A stretch of 63,547 nucleotides of DNA, filler included, from Phoronis australis (taxonomy: Eukaryota; Animalia; Phoronida): assembly GCA_002633005.1 (NCBI GenBank). It is 7 parts of 7 records of this genome, joined end to end, with 100 filler letters (N's around TTAATTAATTAA, not from the genome) between each part and the next. Parts side by side here need not be neighbours in the genome. Positions count along the whole stretch, not along the records: positions 48,861 to 60,336 come from NMRA01001368.1; positions 60,437 to 63,547 come from NMRA01003214.1; 5 more parts are not named here. The stretch is one strand, 5' to 3'. The translations under genes and the position numbers were made by a program. The notes beneath the pieces are model-generated. The model did no database searches, was not told the DNA's origin, and saw nothing but the letters and a program-made list of their open reading frames with translations. Position 1 is the first letter of the stretch, and every line of letters begins with the position of its first letter. This document shows, in pieces, positions 49,929 through 63,547 of this stretch.

Positions 49929-52900
49929 CGAGACCTTGCATAGTCTCGCAAAACGAGACTTTGCGAGACTGTAATAATAACTAATGATGGTGTCTGGCAC
50001 ACTGGACGACCCGGGGTTGGTTATAAATTAGTATTTCATTTGCATATTCGCAATTTAATGAGACTATACGCCTTTAATAATGCAGGCCTGTAGGGCTATA
50101 TAGATGAAAGTCATAACAACTTGGCTAGCTTTATTTGAGATAATCCTTGAATGCACTCAAGTACTTCAATAATAATCAGTTAACACCAAACGCTTCTAGT
50201 TATTCACTTAAAAACAACACTTCAGTCAAAAGTGTGTTGATCGCTTTCTCTCCATTAGTACAATTACAGTATGCTTCACTTATTTACCACACAATATGAC
50301 TGACAAGTGAAATTCTATTTAGCTAAATTTCTCAAAAAAAATAAAGAATAAACAAGTTAAGTATAACATTAGCATGTTTTGTACTGTGCTGGTGACGTCC
50401 CCAAACAGCTTCTGCTAAATATTACATTACTTACTGTGAAGTAATCAGTCTTTGAAAAAGGAAAAATTGGTAACATTAGCAATTATATTTGTGCAATATT
50501 AACAATTATATTTGAGCAAAATAAACAATTACCATACGCATTGTTTCGTATTTAATCACCAGGTTATGTCCAGATCCAAGTTGGTCCAGGAGCAAGGTCG
50601 TATGAAGGGCAAGTGATGTGAGGAGAGACAGCAGCACATGGCGACCTTGAGAGGTCACTGCTGAGGGTTTGTACATAGTAATTCAAAATATACATGCTCA
50701 ACTGGTCCAGCCATAGCAGTACTGGGGACAGAGTGCAGCGATGTTAATGTTGATGGTATCCCACAATTAGCGCGACTCTGAATATTATTAATGCAAAATT
50801 CTCTAGTTTGGAAAATAGAAAACGTACTAAATTATTTTGCTCTGGATCAATACTTGTACCAAATTTTACAAATTCAAGAACTGCAATCAACGAAAAACTT
50901 TCATTCACCTTATTGTTACAAACTATGGGGACACATAAAAGTATTGCTGCTAATTTTGACAATTTCCTGAACTGCACTTTTCACTTTCACTGCTAATACT
51001 GAGTACAGTCCCATGATGACGCTAAAATCACCCATGTCTCAATCTTCAGAATAAAGAAAATTCTATTTTAGCTAAATTAGGGTGTCCCAAAGTTTTGAGA
51101 TTCCCAAAATGGAGAACTTTTACCATTTAAACAAAAGATTTCCATTAATTTTCATCATTTTCCCCTTTTCCAAAAACCATTCATTGCATGGACATCATTT
51201 TAACAATTTCCCATGTTTTGCATGCCAAGTGTGTTCAGTTGTTTTAACACTTTCCTAATGTGGCCGGTCAGCAGAGGGAGAGTGGTATGGACACTTGGAC
51301 ATCTGGACATAGCTTGAGGGCATACTGCACAAGAATAACTTACCATAAACTGTGATGTCCTCAGATCACCATGTACACAATCTGCAACAAACAATGACAC
51401 ATCAGTGATCCAAATGACAATAAACCCAGACAGTCAAACCATCCCTTCACACATCACTGTCACTACTAATGGACAATGACATCACAACAAAAAGCCTAGA
51501 CAACAAAAGGCAAACTTTTGCTTGTTGACTCATGGTGTAGTATTACACCAGGGTGACCTGACGACTGATCTAATGTTCAACCATAGTAGTGTGACAGTCA
51601 CACCCACACGTCCCACCAGGGGACCCACTGATCAACATATATTCTACACTCCCTAATCCATCTAACCAAGATGACTAAGCGCAGTGCAATCAGGATTGTG
51701 TTTCAACAATTCTAAGTACAATTTGTCCTGCTATGGCAGTCTCACCTCAGGCAAAAAAGAAATGATAATTCTCAGAATGAATGTTATTCTGAAACATTGT
51801 TTCAAAATTTGTCATGTTTTATGATAGTTTTTGAAAATTCATTGTTGCAATTTCATCAACAAACAGCTATGTTTAATAAACACAACAGTATTAATGATAA
51901 TAAATACATTATTTATGATTAACATTATCATAACAATAGTTAAACTACTAATAATTATAATGCATATAGTAATTATGGTAATTTTACAATAACAATAACA
52001 ATAATAACAACACATTATTCCTGCTAATATCAACACTAATAATAACACTACTATCTATACTTTACTAGTAATGTCACAACTTGTTATAGATCAAAGCAAT
52101 TCGCAATACTATCATTACTCACAGTACATTCCCGGGGGGGGCATGGGTTTGTGAGACTTACATACATAGGAGCGGAGGGAGCTACTTCATCAATGCCAAG
52201 CATTCACGTGACCTTGACATGACCTTTACAATCGAAGCCTCATACTGAGCAATAGTTGCCTTTAAGACTACACATATAAGACTTCATAGTATTCGCCCAA
52301 ATATTACCAAGCTATAGCTCAGAAAAGTAATATATTTTCTGAAAGCAGAAAGTTTGTAGAAATTGATTTCTGAATTTCTACCAATCTCCAGTTGATTGGG
52401 TTGATTTTAAAGTAAATTTTAGCAAAAGAGAAAGGTACATTCATAGGAAGACAGCACTGTGGTTTACAAAATAAAAACATCAAGATTCAGGCTTAGTGTG
52501 TATACTTAAATAGATCTGTAATTGAGTTTGTGTATTCTGCTGACAGGTCATCATAAAACTGAAAATAGTATTCATTTTGGCAGAAACCAATTACCCTTTA
52601 CAGCAGAGCTGAGCACAGCTTAAAAATAGTTTGTCCTTCTGACACTGCTCAGTAATGAATGAATGATAATTAGATGCTCCAAGAGTCTTGTGTACAAATT
52701 TATCAATAGAGTATGCAGATTACTCAAAACATTGACCTCTCCTCTCACTTGTAACCAATCATAAGCTGAATAGTGCAAAGCTGGCTAGAATATAGTGTGA
52801 CTTCATGTTGTTCCTATCAGTGTGTGATACAGGCCTATGGGCTTTAATTCACCCACTTGTGTGGTAAACGCCTGCCTGGCTTATAACAGCACCCTTGTTT

Positions 52901-53799
52901 TTGAAACTAACCAGTGCATATACAGGAACAATCAATAACCATAATAGTGATAATTCTAGGAGCACACCTTGCCCCATCATGCAAAAATAATTTCACTGAC
53001 GCACTGTAATTGCTTAGCTCACTAAGGCCAAGGGGATCAAAAAAAAAATTGGAAGCCAAAAAGAACCAAAAACTAACATGGCCCATAGGTCCTCCAAATT
53101 GGTCCATAAACTTGATGCCGTGTGAGTCAATTCACCATACCCACCTTTTCCAAAATGATACTTGCCATACATACAAGCCTGCACAGATTACCTGTCTACA
53201 GTTTCTTATTTCCAGATAGACAACAGTTACAAATACCAGCAAAGCAGAAATTATGACACATACAGATTGGCATGGATAACACATCCATACTCTAGGCCCC
53301 CAACATGATCCTAATAGTATACAGTTACAACTACCGGTATAGTATTGTCCGGTTCCAACACAAGATGTCGCACATATTTTGTCTATTGGATATATACTTG
53401 TCATTTACAGAGTCCATAACATTTCATAAATAAAAATGTCACAGACATTCTCGACATTTCTAAAGTAAACAGTATAGGTACTACTAGCTAAGTAAATTGA
53501 AGTCTCATGGTATCATTGAAACATTGTGTCAGACATATGGTAGATACTTCACAAGAACAAGGGAGTGACCCCTAGCAGAAGAATAAGGAGAGGGCAACAT
53601 TAATGAGACCCTCATTCAGGGAGAAGGTATATTTGGGGGTGTACAATTGGGTGGTGGTGAGAGTTAAGAGAATTAGGTTATGAATATCATTTAACCCTTA
53701 CCACCCATGCTGTATATTGAAAGATCTCCTTGCCAGCATGCATGGCAGCATAGTCAAAGTAACTGTCCTCTCACTGTAGACCGTAACAAGAAGTAATAG

Positions 53800-54751
53800 T
53801 GCTGCACATACGAGAACGGGATTGATTCTTTAGTAGAAAGCTATACACCAAATTTCATAGAAATCCGTCACGGAACTTCAGAGAAACAAAGGACAAAACA
53901 GAATAAAATAAAATTGCCACTAGGGGACACAGACTCGAAAACAGCAAAAATAGCCACTAGGTGGCGCCAAGTACCTTGATTCTATCCGAAAACTGGGGGA
54001 TAGCGTCATCTCACCACTAGATGTCAGTTTTCAAAATTTTATGAAAATACGTTGAGGAACTTTGAAGATACAGAGGTAAACGTAAAAAAATAAAATTGCC
54101 ACTAGGTGGCACAACAGTTGTCAGATCTGTCCTAAAGTCGTCGTCTATTGTCAACACTATACAAATGCACTTACTAAATTTAGTAAAGATGCTGCAAACA
54201 GTTTAGGAGATGTAGCCATAGGCACAAAAAACAAAACTGCCACTAGGAGGCACCACAGTGCTCGAAGTCGTTGGAAAATCATCATCAACCGTCTTCTTCA
54301 CAGTAAGAACATACATGCCAATTTTCACAATCATGCTTCTTTAAAAGCGGTTTGGTTTATAGAGGGGTGGACGCCAAAAACGCGAAAACAGTAAAAATGG
54401 CCAGTAGGTGACGCAAACTACGTCAAATCCATCTGAAAACCGGAATAGCGCCGGCTCACTAATAGATGCCTATATTCCAAATTTCATGAAATACGTTTAA
54501 GACATTTGAAGATACAGGGGTAAACGTAAAAAACTAAAATTTCCACTAGGGGACACACCGGTAGTCGGATCCATCCGAAAGTTCACTCATTCAGCCCATC
54601 CATGAAAAAAACACAAGTGCAAAATTTCATGAGCATACGTCAATCGGTTTTGGAGATAGAGGAGTGGACGACAGACGGACGCCACCCGGAGGGACAGACG
54701 GACGCAGATGTTGGCATAATGCGTCCACATATAAATATGTGGGTGCATTAA
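53800..54751 (+). mobile_element. Helentron/DINE-like element, internal repeats and 3' end
   Basis: Repeat units with ccactagRKggc, a (gacagacggac) microsatellite, and terminal hairpin atgcgtccac-N10-gtgggtgcat followed by TAA. Confidence 0.72.
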
Positions 54752-56330
54752 GCAGTCACTTGTTGTTTTGTGGATGTAGCCCTGAAAATGACACATCGGC
54801 ATCGTTTTTATCATGCGCGAAGGGCCCCCTTGGACCCCCCTAAATCCACTTATGCATACCGTTTGGTTTCATAACAGATTGTTTATCTCCTTTGTCCATT
54901 TGTTCGTGAAAAACAAACCAGGGAAATGACCTCTGACCTAGTATGTGATTGGCAACTACTCACACAACGATCGCCACCTTGGGGATGACTTAACGGTAGT
55001 TCCCGAATTTCTGGTGTTGATTCCTGACAGACATACATGACATCATAGCCAGACAAAGTAACAGTGCTGCACTCTGTAGACCACAACACAAATTTACAAT
55101 GCTGAACTCTGTAGACCACAACACAAAATAACAATGCTGCATTCCTGCATGCATGACATCGTAGCCAGACAAAGTAACAGTGCTGTACTCTGCAAAACAA
55201 CGCAGTCATAAGCTAGCACTTGTGGAGAGAAATTTTTACTTATGGAATGAAAACAGCCAATTCATTCCTATAGTTCAACGTTCCAACGTGATCAAACCAT
55301 CACTTCAGTAGCCACCATTTTGTTATAATAGGCCAGAAACCTCCGGAGCATACTTGCCAAACATTTGCTTTACACTCACGTGATTATGTGAGGTCATGAG
55401 AGATTTTACGTTCTCCCAAGAAACTTGGTCTACGCAACGTTAACATGGTTACTATACATCTGAGTGCACACACAGTTGAATAAACTGAACACAATAAACC
55501 ATTGCATTTTAAACAAACTTATTACATATTTCCAAAAAATTAATAATTAAATCAGTTAAAACATAGTTTCATCAAATATTGTGGCGCAGGCGTTTCAGTG
55601 GTTTAAAGTAAACATGGCTCCATGTTTAAGCCTAAACAATATACTCACATCCTATCTTTCCACCAACCACTGCTAACTAACCTGTCTAGTGATAAATACC
55701 AAGCCTCAGACAAATGCCCAAATTGTGATATCTTCTTACAACAAGTGCATTGTGGGACATCTTATACCAAGTGCAAAGAAGGTTATGCTTGATGAATTAA
55801 GCTCCACTGATATTAAATAAAAATGACAGTTTTAGGTTAAGCGAACCAAAACAATGACAAAGAGTCTCTAGACAGAACAGGAAGCCTGTCTCCAGTGTTA
55901 GAGTATTTGGACTGATTGTTATAGCTTTAGGGCTAGTGTTCAGTTGATTACAGACAATGGATTTAAAAAATAGATTAATGAAGGGTATGCTAAGGGGGGC
56001 TAGAGGACACAGGAGATCACCCAATAATTACGCCAGATAAACAGGAAAAACGAGTAAAGTTGACCAATATTTAACTGCAATCTGATGACAGGGATGAACA
56101 CTTCATCACTTTCAAGTAGTTTTCAATATGATCTTGTCTGTTATTCTCCTGGTGAACCAACTCAAAAACATAATGACAAATTTCTCCAGTTTAGATTATT
56201 CTGGTCCAGACACGAATAGCTGGTTTGAAAACACTCTTCATCCGAAACAAATCTTCGAGAGAAACGTTTTCCCTCAATTGAAATACATACAAAATGGCAC
56301 AAATTAATAAAAAATAGCACAAGTAAATAA

Positions 56331-57715
56331 AAAAAGCAACATGGAGCATTGAAATGCACCAATAGCGCTGGAAACGGTGTACTTCTTAGACTATTTTAAT
56401 AATCATAAAAATGGCCATTAGATGGCACAGAATGTGTGACACGGCCTATACGAATTGAGAAGTTGGCGTCGACTCTGTAAAACACAACCATTTGCCAAAT
56501 TTCATGAAAATAAGCCAAGGAATTCCTAAGATATAAAGGCAAATGCAAAAAAACAATTGACACCAGGGGGCAAAGCTATCGTCCGATTAGTCTAAAACTC
56601 ATCGTTATCTATTGCCATCTCTATAGAAGCCCATCTGCAAAATTTCGCAAAGATACTTCAAAAGGTTAAGGAGATATAGTCCTACATGCAAAAAAGCAAA
56701 ATTGCCCTCACGGGGCACCAGAATACTCAAAAACATACGAAAATCAACATCAGCCAGGGTCTTCACATCAAGAACACAACTGCCAATTTTCATAATCGTC
56801 CTTTGAGTGGTTTAGTAGATTGAGAAGCAGACATCAAAAACATACGCGAACATTTTTAAATGGCCACCAGGTGGTGCAGAAAACATCTAATCTGTCCGAA
56901 AATCGGAGGGCATTGTTGTCACCTTAATCGAAACTTATTTGCCAAATTTCATGAAAATACATAACTGGAATCCGAAGATACAAAGGCAAATGTAAAAAAC
57001 ATTCTGTGACTAGCACTAGGGGGCACATTGGTATCTGAATCAGTTTGACACTTGTTACCATTTGTCGACAGCTCCATAGGAATACATCTTTCAAATTTCA
57101 CACAACTCCTTCAAAGGGTTAAGGAGATTCCTTTGCAAACACAAAAAAAACAAAATCGCCACTAGGGGGCGACACAGTAGCAGGAGCCGTCTGAAAGTCA
57201 ATGTCAGTAGAGGCCTTCTCATCAGCAACACTTCTGTAAATTTTTATAATGATCCTTTATGGCAGAAAACGGCACACAAAAATAACAAAAATGTCTACAA
57301 GACGGCATAAAATTCGTCGAAAAATGGAATAACATCATCACCTTCGTATTAAAATTCTATATTCCGAATTTCATGATACTCTATTAAGGAACTCCGAAGA
57401 TACAGAGGCAAACATAAAAAACTAAAATTGCCACTAGGAGGGCACAGCGGTATTCATGTCAGTCTGAAACTCATCCTCTGATGTCAGCCACATAGAAACA
57501 CACATGCCAAATTTCAATAAAATCCTGCAAGGAGTTTAGGAGATACAGCCACACACTCGGATGCCCAGACACTGGAAAGGACGCCCAGACACCCGGACGC
57601 CCAGACACTGGAAAGGATGCCCAGATGCCGGAAAGGATGCCCAGACACCCGGACGCCCAGACAGAGATGATGGCAATATGCAACCACATATCAGTATCTG
57701 AGCACACACAATTAA
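56331..57715 (+). mobile_element. Near full-length diverged Helentron/DINE-like element
   Basis: Degenerate 5' end gcaacatggagcattgaaatgcacc, about 8 internal units, (ggacgcccagacac) microsatellite, decayed 3' hairpin. Confidence 0.68.
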
Positions 57716-58001
57716 ATCAAAATACTACAATTAGGTAACAAACCACCAGAAGGAAACAAAATGCACCACGAGAGTGAGCCCTTTATACCAAGATTGAAGT
57801 AATTACAATAATGAAACATGCTTCTTGAAAAGATGAGATTCATCAATTATTTTAATCCAGTGGTGTAACACCACAGTTATTAAGTTGTTGTTAATGTTAG
57901 TCTATCACGACTCAGAGCAAGCGTGTTCACTTCAACACCATAGTAAGTCCTTTCAGGAGACATTCAAACAACTCAAACAAGACTCAATACAGCCATATCT
58001 A

Positions 58002-60336
58002 CTGTAATCGTTCGGGTTAACGCACTGGGCGGTTAAATTGGCGAATCCAAAAAATCGGGGGAGGGCGGTTAACTGAGCAGTGGGCGGTTAAATCGAAAAT
58101 CTACCTAAAGTAGGGGATGGGCGGTTAACCGAACATGGGCGCTTATTACGACAGACAACAGCCCTGGGCGCTTAATCTTACCTGGCGATCAAATCCCGAC
58201 ACGACAATCATACTAGGAACGCGTAGCCCTTTTCAAAGAGCTTTATCGTCACGTCGCCAAATGACTGTGTGAAAACGTCATAACAGCGGATGATCCCAAC
58301 AAAGGTTCTCTTGCCCTCAGATTAGTCATTCAGTATTAAATTTACAAAATTGCTGAGTAATAACCCCGTGCCGTCCTGCGGTGCGCAGACGACCAGTCAC
58401 CACGCAGCCTCCACTAGAATTAAAACCGTTTCAAGATGTGACCCTGCTTAAGTGCGCGTGTGCAAGCTTCATGTGTTGCAGAGGTCAGACATCAAATTTA
58501 TGGTTACTGTCTCGTACAAAATGTAGCTGTCGTGTTCTGAGCACAGGCGTCCTCAGCTTCTGATCGTCCCCAATACACTACATTTGGGGACGATCAGAAG
58601 CTGAGGACGCCTGTGGTTCTGAGTCAGAGAGCAGTTTTAAAATTGGTTGTAATAAAAGTTTGAAAACTTAACGCTGCTGTTTTTTGTGTTTGGGATGTTA
58701 TAGTCGACACTCCGTGACTCAATGACATTTTCAGCATATGGTTCTGTGGCTAGCTGTCTTATCTCGACAGCCCTGCTCTCTTGCCGTTGCGCCAGACATG
58801 CTATGCAAAGAAGTAAGACAAGGATCGGGGGTGGTCGAGCCAGTCGTCGATCAAGAATAAAATTTCAAGCAACTGCATAAATATGTTACAAAATGTCAGA
58901 AAACAGCAATGTTTCAATTCATTACTCTAAACGATCACCTTACCAAACTTTGTGGTGGAAAAACATTTATTTTTCATGCAAGATGTCCAGATTATCCTAT
59001 TTTCATCACTTGTAATATCGCACTGTGGCACTGTTCGGTCGCGCTGTTATCGCGCAATGTCTCAGTCGGCTGACAATCGTGACTTGGAAATGCCTTCAAG
59101 TAATATAACGGCCTCTTTCAATATGCATCTCGTTTTTTTATGGCCAAAGATAGTGGCGGTATTCAGCACGCACGTAGGGCCTACATGTGAGTCACCTGTC
59201 AATCACATGTTGGTGTCAAGGTAACATGCACTCCAAAGTGTGGGAACTTGCGCACGTGCACCACTACAAATCAGTCACACATAGCGACAGTCCGACGAAG
59301 TAACAAAAACGGGAGTGAATATGTACTTTTAAGCTGTTGTTACGAAATACCCAGTTCTTTACGATATTCCTCCCTTGCCAATGTTCCCCAAAACTGCGAT
59401 GTCAAGTCTATTCCCACATTTCCCGGCTTGATGCTAAGCCCATCCCTGTAACTAGCTGCGTGAATCTTCTACCCACTATCGTCAAGCAGTCTACGTCGTA
59501 GATATTTCAGACTCGAATGGTAAGAATTTTTGTTCAGTCTGAAAATGGCCAATGTATAAACAAAATTATTCTGGATGGCTAAAAAGGGGATGTGGAAACG
59601 ATAATTCACACAGTCACGCTTACGTGGGGGCTGACGCAAGAAATAGTAAACAATAGCCAGCGACATTAGTTAAATCTGCTAACCAGTTTGACTGAGATGC
59701 AATAAGCGAAAAACAAAATTTGACTAGCCGTTTTTTATTACTTCAAGATCATACACAAACATACATTATTGCCAATGTTTGAATTCAGAAATCGACAGGC
59801 AGCAACGAAATCGGTAACCCAGTAAGGCACTTGTACTGTCTCTTCGGTCGCCCCGCTCCATCCTCTATAACCCGGCAGTTATATTCATCAAAACATTGAG
59901 AATTTGACATCTTTCTATGAGTTGTGGCCTGATTTTTTCGAATATATGTTTTATCTAATGCACTGCAGAAGGAAACTCAGCAGACAAAGTCGCTGAAAGC
60001 GGAGGTTGTGACGCCGGTGGCGTTCTTAAACTTTGCAAACAAGGGAAGAAAATAAAGTGACAAAAAGGTTCAAGTATTATATTTTGAAGTGAGTTCATGA
60101 CCCAAGACAATAACTCGTTACCTGTATTGTAATTCAGATTGCTAAACCACCGTCTCGGAGTCCCGGCGTCGTTGCACTCATTGTGATCATCGATCTTTTT
60201 CTAAAAGTCGGGGAATCGCGCGTTTCCTTAGCACTAGGCGCTATATCTTCATTCTTTAAAAGTCGGGGATGGGCGCTTAACCGAGAGGTGGGCGCTTAAC
60301 TGTAAATCTTTAAAAATCGCAGGGGGGCGCTTAACC
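58002..60336. mobile_element. Non-autonomous Tc1/mariner (pogo-like) element with gggcgSttaac subterminal repeats
   Basis: TA|CTGTAATCGTTCGGGTTAA start; clusters of gggcggttaa/gggcgcttaa at 58027-58175 and 60270-60336; right end lost in a gap. Confidence 0.55.
58542..58615. mobile_element. 74-bp perfect hairpin mini-MITE with an 8-bp TSD (hAT- or P-type)
   Basis: 32-bp perfect arms (58542-58573 and 58584-58615), 10-nt loop, GTTCTGAG duplicated at 58534-58541 and 58616-58623. Confidence 0.9.
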
Positions 60337-62469
60337 NNNNNNNNNNNNNNNNNNNNNNNNNNNNNNNNNNNNNNNNNNNNTTAATTAATTAANNNNNNNN
60401 NNNNNNNNNNNNNNNNNNNNNNNNNNNNNNNNNNNNTTATGCAAACAAGCTGTATTTTACACCATTAGTCAATGTTTTAGTCGTTGAGGCACAAATTTTG
60501 CCCAGTCTCAAGTGTTTTGTGTTATTTTTGTTGCCAGACAATGCCAGAATAACTTCCTAGTATCATTCAGACGTAGTTTGCATTTTTGCCACTAGGTGTC
60601 TCTTTACATTTTAAAATTTCACTGTTTACAATTAATCTACAATAGTAAAACATATAATGTGAGTGTAATATTGTTCAATACAATGGCACTGATGGGACCA
60701 TATTACTTGTTTTACAAAAAAGTCACCAAAACTGTTGTTTTTACAAATATAAGTTTATTAAGCTCTTTGGTGATTATAAGGTAACTTAACTCAAATTTCT
60801 CAAAAATGTGCAACTTTATATGTGGGAACTTTTTAGATTTTGATAACACTCTAATAAATGAGTTAAAAACACCAAAATAAAATTGCCACCCCAAAGTACT
60901 CACAAAAACCATTTTCTAGAGGCCCTACAAATTCTGGCCCACGGACTAAATGTCTGTATCTGGAAATCTCTCGGTTTGTAAAATAATCCTCGAATTCTTT
61001 AGGCCTTTGCGCGGCAAACGACATGATTAAGTATGTAGAATGCGGATGTCAATAATGACGAAAACCACAGCTGACACTGGCTGTGCAAAATCCCGGAATT
61101 ACTCCCCTGAAAATGCAAATTTCGGGGACAGACACAGTGAAGAGTTGGTACAGCTTGCCAGTTTTTCACAAGGTGCAATCATAAATATTGGATCACCCAA
61201 AGAAACTACTCGAAAGCGTTTTTATTCATATGTATGTTGAGCTGCTGGTAACACCGGTCTGTGTCACGGGCGCGCGGAATTTTGAAAAATGCACTTTTTG
61301 AGCGTTAAATTCATCATTTCTGAAATTACTGATGGCCTATTTCTTTGAGCGACTGCCGACCAGCTGTTAATATTAAGAGAAGTGGTCATCATTTCAAGCT
61401 TTTTAAATTTTGCCAACACTTTCTTAATTCTGACCGATCCCGTCGAACCTGTCCAAAATAACATTCTGGCCATCCAACAGAAGGCCGTTGCGTAAACCGT
61501 TACTTGGGAGTCCGATTATTTTACGTTGTGAAACGTACAGTTGTATATTTTAGCGAATAAAATCTTTTAATGTGTATGACATGTGACTTCCGTGTGTAAC
61601 GAGGAGTCGTATATAGCTCTTCTAAATTTCGGAATCTGAACCCAGTGCCTCGTGGTCTAGAGGTTTAGAGCGAAATAAGAGCGAATTCACCACGTCTTAC
61701 GACCAAAGTACGATACCCAGTGTCAGTAGCTAAGTTTTGGAGTAACAAATTTGTAAAGAATGAAACAAAAATTGAGAACTTGCTGAATCAAATAATCGTG
61801 GAGAGTGGAAAAGGTTAGAAAATTAATAAACGTAGAGACCCGAATAAGCGTCGTATAGACCGGAAAACGAGCCTGAAAAAAATAATCGTATAGATACGGC
61901 TATTCGAAACTCGAGAGTAGTCACGTTGTTATAAATACCTTTTCCGCACGCCAGGGGATATGACGTCACCTGCTGCGCACAGAGTTAAAAATGGCCAGTT
62001 CACATTTTTGGGAACTGAACGAAGGACTGCTCGAAGAAAAAGTTTGATAAGTGGAGTATTTGTTCGAGTTGGAAGGAATTAAATACATCGATGGCCTCCT
62101 AAGGTGTCCCTCTATGCGCAAATGGTATTCATAACAACACGACTTTGATGTTTTAGTCGATGTTAGGCATAATTCGCCAAAAAGCCAGCGGTGAATAAAG
62201 CTCCTATAGGAGCTACATGCACTGTCTCTACTGGAAAGCCAGAGACGGTGGTCACTGTCTATAGTTGGTCATGATCAAGTAATGGCACTGGTCAGATATA
62301 GCAGACCCTGATTTTGAGAACCAGTTTAATCGTACCCGTTATTCAGTGATTGCCTAGGAGCGCTATATCCTACAAGTGCCTAAAGTGACTTTTCAAAAAC
62401 TTGATTTATGCCAATTATGGAGGGGGATGCTATTATATTGGCCTGTACGTAATTGTTGATGCACAGGCA

Positions 62470-63230
62470 GGGGATCATCTTAGCCAGCCAGCTAGCTGTA
62501 TGAAGACTGTCGTCAAAAATACAGCAAGGTACCATTGTGTGTATTTCTTCCGTAGACCCCGGAATTGCACGCAGCCAGGATAGTTCTGCTTGTCACCGCG
62601 CCGTGAAACTTGTATCAAAATGTAAAGCTAAAGACCGGACGGGGTGCATGCAAAATCTGACAATCAACCGATACTCACCTTGCCCATTACAGCTGTTTAA
62701 GTGAAAAACAATGCAATAAACGTCATTTTCTTGCGTATCTCTCCGCCTTTTCTAACAATGAAAAGTATGTCGTCCTTTTGAAAACAATACGCTCGTATCA
62801 TGCGCACGCGCCATTTCCTAAATTTTCGCGACAACTTCGGAGAAGCAATATTTGTTCTGAAATTCGGTATCGAAATTCTAAAAACTTGTAATGAAGTGAA
62901 ACCAGCTCCAATAATTTGTAGTGAGGTGTACGCAAGCTCGTGAAAGAACAGCAGTTGATTGAAGAATCGGCGAAAAAAGAAACTGGCCAATAGGTGACGC
63001 AATATTTCATGGCGTTGAAAGCCATCGCTAAAAAAGATCGCTCCACAAATTTAGCAGCAGAATAACAATAGAACGCCATTTTTTGCAACACTGTTAAATA
63101 ATTTTGTTTATTCAAGGAAGACTGTAGTTTTTAACGACACTAATTCTGTGTCAGATTTTTTTTTACCCACATCGGTGCAAAGCTGTGTATTTATATACAG
63201 CTTTGTACCAAGGCTAGGGATCATCTCTAA
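62470..63230 (-). repeat. Diverged inverted copy of the internal region of the 38120-39566 element
   Basis: Colinear blocks such as acactaattc..tttacccacatcgg, aaatt-ttgga-ctggtttca..cgaatttcagaacaaat and acagctagctg. Confidence 0.65.
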
Positions 63231-63547
63231 AAAAAATGGTGGAGATTTCACTTTTCTTCAGAGTGGAGGGTAGCTCGATTCACAAATGGTCGTGCTGAAG
63301 ATGGACTGTAGTCTAACTAATTCGTTCTTAATTTTAGAACACATGAAATCAAAATATCAAGTCATGTTCCAGTCACGCCAAAAGGAGGCAGCACCGAAGG
63401 GGGGCTGCTACAGGAACTGGAAAGTCTTTTCCAGTTACACCAATTAGGCCTACCTTCCAGAGTCTCACACTGTACCAGATTCAAGTAGTCACTTTGTTTT
63501 AATATTCCAGATTTGAACCCTCGAACCAAGCCTTCCAGATATCCACT

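Overview
Eukaryotic, intron-containing, AT-rich and repeat-rich draft assembly of a bilaterian invertebrate; an echinoderm-like deuterostome is my inference only. The window is a mosaic of contigs joined by six artificial N44-TTAATTAATTAA-N44 spacers, one long N gap and several single-N joins that are flanked by duplicated (probably allelic) sequence. Genes reconstructed by hand with phase-consistent GT-AG splicing: (1) a complete 7-exon TEPP/SPMIP8-like sperm/ciliary microtubule protein gene (799-4706, +) with a CRE and an RFX X-box upstream; (2) four internal exons of cytoplasmic valyl-tRNA synthetase (8100-10690, -), stranded on one contig; (3) a spliced gene joining a C2H2 zinc finger to a P-element/THAP9-C-terminal-like region with no visible DDE core (12490-14500, -); (4) a small basic helical protein gene (24078-~26360, +); (5) an unrecognised histidine-rich protein gene (34362-35174+, +). 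The rest is transposon-derived: decayed LINEs, a Penelope remnant, an internally deleted Kolobok-like element, a long-TIR element, a pogo-like element, mini-MITEs, and a Helentron/DINE-like family whose ~145-bp internal repeats each carry a CTCF-consensus-like motif. I saw no rRNA, tRNA or CRISPR array.
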